Shown: positions 25,376 through 36,190 of the stretch, one piece after another | How positions within the stretch are numbered: position 1 is the stretch's first letter | How the letters are laid out: each line of letters starts with the position of its first letter | Origin: Malacoraja senta | Taxonomy: Eukaryota | Assembly (NCBI GenBank): GCA_038087875.1 | Contig: CM075992.1 | Location: 2,668,001-2,732,000 of the forward strand | DNA: 64,000 nucleotides | Direction: 5' to 3' | Notes under the pieces: generated by a model | What the model was told of the DNA's origin: nothing | Database searches by the model: none | The model's input: only the letters and a program-made list of their open reading frames with translations | Program-made: the position numbers and the translations under genes

Positions 25376-25491
25376 AGGTTGACAAAAATGCTGGAGAAAC
25401 TCAGCGGGTGAGGCAACCTCACCCGCTGAGTTTCTCCAGCATTTTTGTCTACCTTCGATTTTCCAGCATCTGCAGTTCCTTCTTAAACAAC
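25376..25491 (+). mobile_element. Penelope-derived fold-back mini-element
   Basis: ~37-bp inverted arms plus the same 3' tail; imperfect 12-bp TSD AGACTG(C/A)ACCAG at 25364-25375 and 25492-25503. Confidence 0.72.
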
Positions 25492-26177
25492 AGACTGAAC
25501 CAGGCTGGGTGACTGAAAAGTTGGACAGAAAGATGGCAGTTTTAAAGGGGTTTACATTTTGAGGGGGTTGTGGAATCAGATTTCGCACTATAACTATTCA
25601 GGCTTGCATCTATGCATGCATTATAAAGTACATTCTTGAAAAATGCTGTTAAGAATAACCGTAACTTTGCAAGGCTTTTGAGATTATGAACATAAAAAAA
25701 GAGGAAACAAATATGTACTTTCATGCCTTATCTGCCCTTCAATAAAGTTGTGGCAGATTTTGTGTGTTGTCCAGTTTCCCCACTCCATCCCTATTTCCCT
25801 TGATCCTGACTGTCCAGCATTCTTCAGTTTTGAGTTTCAATATATCCAGTGATTTGGCCTCGCAACCCTCTTCAATAGTGGCCACATAAGATTTTCAACT
25901 GTGTACAGAAATTTCTTGAGATCTCAAGCCTATACAGCAAACTGCTTATCTTGATACTTTGTGCCTGGCCACACGAGCCTTCCTTCTGTCAGTGATTACA
26001 CTTCAGTTGTGGAATGAATGGTTTTATGCCCTATTGACGTGTATTTTGATTTTTGAGAGTAGTTTCGGGGAGTAAACCACCAACCACCGAGGATCATGAT
26101 CTTGTTTGCTTGTTTACCTTTGTTTATTTCACTTTCCTTGCCCTGCTCACCCATGCTCTATGTCCCTCTTTATACAG

Positions 26178-26369
26178 CTTGCTCAAGGAACCGATGGGCA
26201 GTTTCGAGGTTTTGCTGTTGTGGAATATGAAACTGCAGACAAAGCAGAGGATGTGCAGCAAGAGATGGATGGCATATGGGTCGGTGGCAACCACATTCGG
26301 GTGTCATTTTGTGCACCTGGGCCCCCGGGGCGGAGCATGCTTCCTGCCCTGATAGCAGCTCAAGCTATG
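26178..26369 (+). CDS. RAVER1: RAVER1 exon 4 (RRM3; [15 protein letters not shown])
   Basis: tacag acceptor and ATG|gtgag donor. Confidence 0.96.
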
Positions 26370-26565
26370 GTGAGTCAGCTATCACATTTACTCTCGTGTA
26401 CCGATTTAGAGCGTTTGATCGTCATAATGTTTAAAATATAGACTGAATGGAAATGGAGATCTTAGCAGTTTGTTAGGAAAGCCTAGTTCAATCTTGAACA
26501 TTCCATTCACTTCTAATGACGTAGTCATTAAATATAGTCTTGATTTGTTTTAATTCTTGTCCTAG

Positions 26566-26695
26566 GCAATGAACCGTGGGAAAGGTCTTCTCCCGGAGCC
26601 TAATCCCGTGCAGATTCTGAACAGCCTCAATAATCCAGCAACACTGCAGCTCCTCTTAAACCCATTAATCCATGGAGGAGCTGGTGGGCTGCAGG
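26566..26695 (+). CDS. RAVER1: RAVER1 exon 5, [19 protein letters not shown]...LQLLLNP
   Basis: cctag acceptor and G|gtgag donor; [11 protein letters not shown] signature. Confidence 0.95.
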
Positions 26696-27158
26696 GTGAG
26701 TAACATCGCGTCAGCTGCAGATGGATGTATATTTAATGCTAACCACTATCTTCCTTGGGTTGTTTACAGTGTGCAGGATGCAGTAGTTGTAACTGTTACA
26801 GTCTTCCGGTCACAATGTCTGGTATTGGTTCAGTGTTGTTCTCCTGTGATCTGCTGGACACGTCCTACAACCTGGCATTTTTGCCACTTTTTATACTTCA
26901 TAGTCTGGTTCTGTCACACTGCTCTCATTACCCCATTGATAGGACGACCTCTACAACATATCCCAAAGCAACCCAGTTGTACCCTATCTCAGATATCACT
27001 TGTACTAGTCATCCTTCCCCTGCCTTCCCTGCATTTTGTTTTCTTCCCTTCTCAGTTGTGACAATGTTTTCGACCTGAAACATTAACTCTGATCCTCTAG
27101 CATCTTTTTCAATTGATATCAATTTTTTTTGATAACATTTATGGTTTGTTTCCTTCAG

Positions 27159-27262
27159 GACTTTTAGGAGTTGCACCAACAATGCCACTTTTGGGGAATC
27201 CTGGTTTAAGTGCCGCCCTCCTGCAATTGCTTTTACAGAGCCAAAATCCAGCACAAGTCCAG
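27159..27262 (+). CDS. RAVER1: RAVER1 exon 6 (GLLGVAP, PRI1-like)
   Basis: ccttcag acceptor and CAG|gtaaa donor; phase-consistent. Confidence 0.93.
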
Positions 27263-29567
27263 GTAAATCTCTTCGTACACATACAAAGGGTAAAGAGAAT
27301 ACAATATTTGCTTTGAAGCCTGAGTACAATCTTGAAAGGATTACATTTATAATAAGATGTAGTGGGTCTGTACTTCGTTTTTTCCCTTTTGCTGAAAAGT
27401 AAATATGAAGCATTGATGGTTTTGTTATTATGCCGAGTAAAACTGATGCTCACCATGAAATCGTTGGCAGTCCTGCAAGTGTCTCATTTACTTAATTGAA
27501 CTTGATTTCAATTTAAACTTTCTTGGTTTAAATCCTTCCCCTTTGTTTTGTCCTCTTGTGTGTTTGAAATCATTTTCAGCCATATTGACTCCAGATCATT
27601 GCATGATTGAAGGAACTACAGGAATGACTAAAATTGTATAATCCAGCAGATGATAATTTGGGAATAGTGGGAATGACTGTTTTTGATACCAGTCACTTGG
27701 CTGAGCTGGTTGGTGTGAGAAACAACACGATAAACCTATTCTGAATAATTCAGCAATTTTTGTATATGTTTGGACTGATGTGCTTTCCTCGTATCTTAAG
27801 ATGTAAACAAATTATCCTGTAGATCTAGTTTAGAGATACAGTATGGAAACGGGCCCCTTGGCCCACAGACCAGGCCGACCATCCATCTTTCATGGCAGTC
27901 TGTTATCACACTTTCCCATCCACTCCCTAGGGGCAATTTACAGAGGCTAATTAACCTGCAAACACACAGGTCTTTGGGATGTGGGAAGAAATCCTCAAGG
28001 ACACATGGAGGATGTGCAAACTCGACTCGGTCAGCACCTGGGGTCAAGATCGAGCCCATGTCTCATGCTGTGAGCAGCTCTGCCAGTGCTGTCCTCATAT
28101 TTATCCAGATTATTCATGAATCCCCTCTATAACATTTACTAGTCAATACGTCTTATGTCCATTCTCTTCACATTGCTAAATTTGCAGTTTGCCATGTGGC
28201 GGTTAAAGAAAGAATATGAAAATGAATGTTGCAAACCTGGCTCAATGAGTTGCATGGTATCTGAATGGAAAAGCATCACTCCTCAGTTGAATAGATATTT
28301 CACAATAATTATTTCCTTTAATGTTAATCTTTTTTACAGATACTATGTTTTTTTTGGGGCCTCCACCCAAAATATATTTTGGGAGAGTTCAGGCAACAGT
28401 TTTGTTGCGATTAAAGATGGGACACAAGAAATAGGAGTAATGGAAATGGACTGTTAGGTTCCACAAGCCTGCTGTATAATTCAGTAAAATCATGGTTGAT
28501 CATGCCTGACCAACCACCACTCCTGCCTACATTCCCAGTCTTTGATTTCCACTGCAGTCCAAAATCTATTTTGAGATGTGTTGGTATAATGTACTTCCCT
28601 CTATACATTCACAGCCTTTGATTCCCCTGGTGTCCAACATCTATTTTAAGTTGTATGACGTAGTGTTCTTCACTCACCTACCTTAATATAAACCCTATGA
28701 TCTAAATGAACCCAGCTCCCTGCCCCCTGGGGCTAATTTCCCTTGTGGACAAGGTTTCAATTGTACTGCAAATGCTGTGCCTGAAGTTACTGTGCAATTT
28801 AAGCTGTTTACTGCAGTGCAAAATACCTCTGAGGTTGTCAGGTAAGTTGCTTGAGCTCATTAATGCCCACTCATAAGTGTTCAGCTAAAACCAGCCAGCA
28901 CCAGGAGTAGGTGTCCACTGTATGCAAGATGGAATGGACCAAAATGGGCATAATTTCAATTCCATATTTTTACTCCATATACTTTGCAGTTTTTAGAATT
29001 ATGAGAATTGATTTTCAGCATCAGTCCTTAAAGGCAGCAGAACTTATGTTGGTTGAATGGTGATAGGATAAATGTCAAAGTACATCTCTCGCCTAGTTGA
29101 CAGAGGGGTTAGTTTTATGATCAATGCTTTGAAAATTCATACAGTGGAGGTTTTGGTAAACCTTTTCCTGTAGCTGATGAGAATTGTGCTTTGGTTTATC
29201 CTACACTCCATGTTCCAGTGATTGTCACATTCAAGACAAATGGAAGAGAATGATTCTACCTAATGGTGTTCTCTCACGAACCATGTGGATTCAATAGAGA
29301 TTTCTTTAAACAGCTCCTGTGTTGATGGCTTTCTGTTTTGGGGAGAAAATTGAGGATGAATGCAGATACATTGTTCCAATTCATAGAGAAAAAAAAATCT
29401 TTATATGTTAATTATTGATGGAATTGATTAGATTTTTGTTGGAATGACCCGACCCATGCTGGATGGGCAGAATGGTGGCCTGAAGTGTACTTTTCTATGA
29501 TTCCATTCAAATGAATTGAGCATTCCTTGGCCAGGCATGAGTACAACATTGTCTGCGTGTTTTTCAG

Positions 29568-29673
29568 AAGCCAGGGATTCTGGGTGAATCTCCTTTAGCA
29601 GCTTTGCAACAAAACCCAGGACTTGGAGGACCACCACAACCAGGAAAAGGACTTCTTGGTAATTCGCCGTCAG
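29568..29673 (+). CDS. RAVER1: RAVER1 exon 7, KPGILGESP...GLLGNSPS
   Basis: ttttcag acceptor and G|gtatc donor; KPGILG(D/E)SP signature. Confidence 0.92.
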
Positions 29674-30880
29674 GTATCTCTTAAGTTTTGGAAACCAAGC
29701 CAAGTACTTTATTTACTACCTTCTCCAACTGTGTTGCCAGCCCAAAGTCCTTCTGCATATCATAACTCTTGAGTTCCCCACACTTTACTGTACATGTCCT
29801 ATATGTTATATAGTCCCAGTATCCATCCCTGCGGTATACTAGTTCCAGACATCCAGTCATAAACACCCTTTAACTGCTCCCTTCTGCCTCTTATCACCAA
29901 ATCAACTTTGCTCTCTAATTAAGTATCGCCATAAAATCATTAACTTGCTTATTGCCCAGGCAAAATACTGAGGGGCCAAGCCAATGTCACTGACATCTCA
30001 AGATTGTGGCTCGGTGGTGAGCCAAAGCAGACAAGTTAGCTCATGAATCACTGGCTTGACAGATGTCTTTCAGTAGCCACTTTCCTGTTGCTCAGTGGTA
30101 ATTATTTCACAGTAACTTTCAACTGGCATCACCTTCTCCAGTGGGTCAAAGAGCAAGATCCGTGTGGCATCACGCAGCTGAACAGACCATAAATGAAGGA
30201 CCCAAGGCTTATGGCGGAGAAGGTCTCCCAATATCATGGGCCACTGGAGATATTCTGCTCCATTCAGACACCATGTAAGATTACATGATAATGGAGGATT
30301 TGGAAGACCTTTTTTGTCTAAGCTTTCCATATGTCATTTAATAATTTGTAAAGTTTATAGCCAACGTTATCCAATAATTGGATTGATTTTATAATGACTA
30401 GAATCAATGCAATATATTTTTAACCTTTTTAATTTTTCCCATGTTATTCAAATACCACTTTCAGAAAAATAAATGCTTTGGTCAATAAGCCAACTGGATT
30501 GATGGTCCTCAGCCTATCTTCACCAGTGACTGTTTTTGAGCAGTCTGTCTTTACCCCTTCCTCTTCAGTTTCTCTCTCTGTCTCTGAGGGCCTGTCTTTA
30601 AGTTGAAAACTTCCAGAAACTCCAGGCTGTGAGGTAAAAGGTTCTTTGGCAACCCATCTGTCCATTTTAGAGAACTTTTTATTGTGATTTTAGACTCCGA
30701 GGACTTTCCCTTTTAGAACAGTGAATTGTAGAAGTAGCGTATCTGTAACGTTATTTAAAGATGACACAGTGTCCCTCTTTGGATTATGTTATTGAAGAAT
30801 TACTTCTGGTTTAATTAAGGTTCCAGTCTGGATTTTAATTAAATTATTTTCTGATCTTTTATTATTTATCCCCTTTGCAG

Positions 30881-31134
30881 GACTGAATTATGAAAGGGAA
30901 CATCTGAATCCACCTATGATGCCAATGGGGACATTGCAGAACCAACAATATCATGGACAAATGTCGGCAGATGCGATGGGCATGATGGAGAATCCATCTC
31001 ACTCTCGGCAAGTCTCCTCTCCTCCAGCTTCTATGCAAGGAATCCCCACCTCCATCCTGGGTTCTGTGCTCAATGATTTGAAGAAACAAAGGAACCAGAA
31101 TATGTCTCAAGAGGCTGGCTTGGCTACATCAGGG
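30881..31134 (+). CDS. RAVER1: RAVER1 exon 8 (Met/Gln/Pro-rich low complexity)
   Basis: ccctttgcag acceptor and GGG|gtgag donor; open frame whose phases (1 in, 0 out) join exons 7 and 9; sequence divergent. Confidence 0.82.
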
Positions 31135-31526
31135 GTGAGATATGGATTCAATCAGATGGTTATACCTCCATTTAGTTTAGTTTAGAGATACTTATTGTGT
31201 TATGGATTGTAGATTAAGAATATTGTAGATTATGGAAGTTTATTCCTACAGGGTCAATTTATTCTTAAACGAATGCTTGGAAAGTGATTATCCTAGAGGA
31301 GTGCTTGCAATGCAAATACGAACTGATGCCTGAGATTAATTTAAACCTCTTCCTCATATCTTTTGGATTGTGATCTGTACCATAACTGATTGAAAGAAAA
31401 GTCTGTTCAAGTTCTGAAATGTACTGTTCAAACTGCACTTCAGATATTCTGTTCCTAATTATGGGTAATGATAGAAAGATTGTTCGACGAGAAACAGTGC
31501 GGAGGAGAGTAACAAATGGGAATACA

Positions 31527-31625
31527 AGTCTGAAGAAGGGTCTCGACCCGAAACGTCGCCCATTCCTTCTCTCCAGAGATGCTGCCTGTCCCGCTGAGTT
31601 ACTCCAACATTTTATGTCTATCTTG
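31527..31625 (+). ncRNA. Minimal hammerhead ribozyme motif in a Penelope terminal repeat (representative copy)
   Basis: CTGAAGA-A-GGGTC-TC-GACCC-GAAAC-GTC at 31530-31557. Confidence 0.7.
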
Positions 31626-32110
31626 GGAATATAATTGTCTGCCTTGTGCAGTGTTAATTGTAAGCAGTATGGATTAATGAACACTCATTCCTGTAAAACT
31701 AAAGTTCAACTTATTTGATCAATTGCAAGAAGCAAAAGTGCTGGAGGAACTCTTTAGGTCAGGCAGCATTTTGGATTGGGACGTATCTTTGGTCTATGTC
31801 TCCCTTCCATGACCAATGTTTTGGATATCTGAGCTAGAAGTCGGATTGCAGATACATTTTGCTTGACAACATTTGTGTGAAGCACCATGATGTTTTTACT
31901 GTGTTAACGGTGCTATGGAATGGGTTGTGGTTGAGAAAGATTTGCAAATATGATTAATTGAAACTTGCATCGCTCTGGAATGCAATAGGGAATGGGAGAA
32001 CATTTATTAGAATGAAGATAAAACTATTTGTGTTAACAAGCATTGACGTGTTTAGTGGTGTAGTTGATCCACTTGCGACTGGCTTGAATACCACCAAATT
32101 TCTGTTGCAG

Positions 32111-32201
32111 CCATCTCTGTTGGGAGAGCCACCAAAAGATCTGCGAATGCCTCAAAATCCATACCTCAATCTACGAAGTGTGTTCCCAACTAATCTGTCT
32201 G
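32111..32201 (+). CDS. RAVER1: RAVER1 exon 9, PSLLGEPPKDLRMPQNPYLNL (PRI3)
   Basis: ttgcag acceptor and G|gtatg donor; SLLGEPPKD...NPYLNL signature. Confidence 0.95.
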
Positions 32202-32473
32202 GTATGGAACAATGTAAGGTTTATTTTACTTATGTTCAAATTGCAAAGAATGGGGAAAGTGTGGTAAAAAAGGTTGGCTGTTGCTTTTTGTTCTGGGAAA
32301 TGCTCTGCAAAGAAAGTGAAAGATCGCTGCTGAGTTCTGTAACTTTCATTTTGGTTTTCTCTTACATTATATTCCTAAAGAGACTCCCTTGATCCCCCTT
32401 GCCTATACCTGCCATATCCTACATCAAAACTATTTATTGGCTTTAACATTGATAATGCTCTCCTCTTCAACAG

Positions 32474-32661
32474 CCAACACCAGTAATTCAATGTCCTATG
32501 GGCACAGTACTGGTCTTCTGGGAAACTACCCAAGCTCCAGCCCCAGAATTCATCATGGATCTGGCATCGGTGATTATCCAGAGACTGGAGGCAGTCAGTC
32601 GAGTTACGGCAGCATGGAAAACTATGATAATTACAACCATTCTTACAGGGACTATGGGCAG
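32474..32661 (+). CDS. RAVER1: RAVER1 exon 10 (Gly/Ser/Tyr-rich, includes GLLGNYP)
   Basis: cttcaacag acceptor and CAG|gtatg donor; phase 1 in, open frame. Confidence 0.82.
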
Positions 32662-33364
32662 GTATGTCTTTGTTGCCAGGGTGTTGGATTTTAGCATAAT
32701 TAGGTTTTGCCATTGAACCTTTTTTATACTAAATTATAATTTGCTGTGGCTAATAAACCTGCACAAATATTTTTGTTGGTTGTTGAATGGACAGAATATT
32801 GTCCATTCAACAACTACTTATCTGTGTAATCTCTCTACAGCTAATTCCAAAACGGGAAATGTTATTAAATATAGGCAAGAGCATTAGACAACAGTGGGAG
32901 TTGCATCCAGCTTTTGAAATGCTCGGGGGGGGGGGGGGGGGACTGCTTAAATTGGATGTGAGAATACGTTGCTAAAAATATATATTCTACAAACTTTTTT
33001 ATGCGAGGAAGTACTTCATTGCACAGATAATGTTAAATCAAAGTCCTATGTGCCTACTCGGGTGGGTTTTAAAGACCTGTGGTTCTATTTGAATCTAAAC
33101 AAAAAGGTTCTCAAAAGTCAAAGCCAATTTTATTCGTCACATGCACCCAAGGGTGCAGTGAAATACACTGAATCTTAGCGCCTTGTCCAATATCTGCCTT
33201 TCAACTAACAACACTTAAGAGTGAAGTGGGTTCCCCCCCCCCCCCCCCCCCCCCCCCGTGCATAATCACTGAAATACTGGAAGGTCTCAGTTTCTTGTCT
33301 GTTGGATTTCCATCGATCTCTATTGGAACATCTTTGCTGCTGGTGCTAGAGGGGAGTAAACCTT

Positions 33365-33564
33365 NNNNNNNNNNNNNNNNNNNNNNNNNNNNNNNNNNNN
33401 NNNNNNNNNNNNNNNNNNNNNNNNNNNNNNNNNNNNNNNNNNNNNNNNNNNNNNNNNNNNNNNNNNNNNNNNNNNNNNNNNNNNNNNNNNNNNNNNNNNN
33501 NNNNNNNNNNNNNNNNNNNNNNNNNNNNNNNNNNNNNNNNNNNNNNNNNNNNNNNNNNNNNNNN
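33365..33564. other. Assembly gap (200 N)
   Basis: N run, ~110 bp after a long poly-C run. Confidence 1.
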
Positions 33565-36190
33565 AGGCAGTAGACAAGAGTCGCCACTTTCCCAGTTTTC
33601 TGCATTCTTTTTACAGAGTAAGTATGCTTGCAAGTAATAATGTTAAAAGTTTATAAGATAAATTAAATACAGTTTTCTGTGATACTCACTGATGGATTGG
33701 CAATCATCTTTACCGAGCAGGCAGCGTTAAATAAAAGATGAGAGGTGCTCAGTTGCAGTGGATGCCCAGGAACTGCCTCAATGTGACCCAATATTAGCCA
33801 GAGGGCTCCTGAGACACTGCTTCAATGTTGCTCTGGGTTCTACCTCTGAATTGCCAGTTCCTGGAGAGTGCTGCTTCGTGAAGAGCCAAATAACAAAGGT
33901 TTTACTAGATTTAAGTCGGAAAAGGGAAAATAGGGAACTTCAGATTATTTAACTTGACTTCCATGGGAGGGAAACGGCTTGAAGTTATTATTAAGGAAGT
34001 GGTCAGAGCACTGAGAGAATAATAGATTTGGAAAAAATCAACACAGCTTTGATAAATGAAAATCTATTACAGCTTTGAAAGTTGTAATGAGCAGTTGGAA
34101 TGTCATGCGGAAAAATACACGGTCATCCATTTTGGTCGAAAAACAATTGAAAAGCAGAGTTGACTTGTGGTCAAAGAATGAAATGTGTTGATATCCTTGA
34201 ATGCAATTGACACAGTCAATGTGCAGTTACAGCAGTCAAAGAGGAAATCAAATGATATGCTGACCTTTGCTGCAAGAGGATTTGAGTACAAGGGTAAAGA
34301 TGTCTTATGGTTGCGGCTGGGACACCACATGCAGAACTAGTCTCTTTACATGATGAAGTATGTATCCCCAATGGAGCATAAACAACAACATGCTCACAGC
34401 TCTAATCCTGGGATGGGTTGATTGACCTGAACAAAAGATAAAACAGACTGCAAGAAGATTGTTCCCGATGTTGTGGAAGTCCAGAACAAGAGGCCAGTTC
34501 ATTGGCTATATTTAAGAGGGAGTTAAATGTGGCCCTTGTGGCTAAAGGGATCAGGGGGTATGGAGAGAAAGCAGGTACAGGATACTGAGTTGGATGATCA
34601 GCCATGATCATATTGAATGGCGGTGCAGGCTCGAAGGGCTAAATGGCCTACTCCTGCACCTATTGTCAATGTCTATGTTTCTATGTTTCTATATTCTCTG
34701 AACGTTCAAAGAATGAGATCGATCTCACTAACCTATTAAGTACTTTCAGTTTGACAATGTAAATACAGGGCAAAATAATGTCCAGGCCAGGGATCGAAGT
34801 CTCAAAATAAGTGGCTAGCAATGGAGGACTGAATTAAGGAGAAATATCTTCATCCCGAGGATGAAGATATTTGTTATTCTCCACCACAAAGGGTTATGGA
34901 GGCTCAGCTGCCAGGCATATTTACAACAGGGATCACAAGCGTTTCAGATATTATTAATTGTGTCGTATTGGATTAGTGTAGGAAAGTGGCATTGCACCAA
35001 AAACTCCCCCGTGATTTTTGTGAAAGGCACAGCAGATGCAAGGGGCCTCTTTCATGCTGTCATGAAAGAGTTAGATAGAGCTCTAGGGGCTAGTGGAATC
35101 AAGGTATATGGGGAGAAGGCAGGCACGGGTTATTGATTGGGGACGATCAGCCATGATCACAATGAATGGCGGTGTTGGCTCGAAGAGCCGAATGGCCTCC
35201 TTCTGCACCTATTTTCTATGTTTCTATGATTCTCCCTCCCATCAACCCACACCATTGGTGGCCACAGCTTCCATGACTCAGTCCTTCCTTTAAGATCCTC
35301 TCCCTCAACACTTCTAGGATTCATACACAATTACACAGCACGAAGTAAAGACCAACTATCAAGCAGTCATTTGCACTAATCCCATTAATTTCTTTGCACA
35401 TTATCAGCACTGCCCTCAGATACGACCAGCCACCTACACTGAGGCCAATTAACTGACTGACAAGCACTTTTTTGCAATGTGGAAGGACATTTTGAGAAAA
35501 GCAAGCAATCACAGGAAAATTGTGCAAAACTCCACACAGACAGCAGAGGTCAGAATCAAAACCAGTTGCTGTGGATGTGAAGCATTTAAGACCCTTCTTA
35601 AAATTAAACATTTGTCACCCCTAATTTCTCCTTTGGTTTTCTCAAGAATATTCTGCACAATTTACATCATTAAAAATGCTACAAAAAGTTTGTTTTTGTT
35701 ACTTAGTCTATTAGCTCTACTTGACTGTTACATGGCAACACTGCTCTCCATTTCATTTTAAGATTTAAAAAAGCCTTAAATACCTTCAGGGTCTTCTTAT
35801 TACAATATTAGTTACTGGGCATTGCATCGGTCAACCGAGGAAACAAAACTGGTCAGCATCGCCTAATGCCCCTTTGAGCAACTAGGTCTGGAAACAATGC
35901 TCAGGAGACTGCAGACACTTCTCCTGTTCAAATTGTCAACTCCAAGTGCCTCTTTTCTTGCTTCTGCCTGCACCCTCTACCTCATGCGCGTATTCTACTG
36001 CTTGAAACCTTTTTATTGCGACAGGAGTCAAAACTCAGAATATAAGGGGTGGGGAGACCCACAAGACCTTTGAAATGGAAACATCAGCAACGTCATCAGC
36101 GTGTGCAGAATTGTCAGGGCCGTTTGCAGGCAACCTCTGTGGGTGAGATGACGAACACAGCCCTGTTTGGTTCTGGTCTTTGAAGTCTTT

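Noticed and set aside
33690..33905. Possible minus-strand exon ending at a GTGAGT donor
   Set aside because: Stop codons in the frames examined and no recognisable homology
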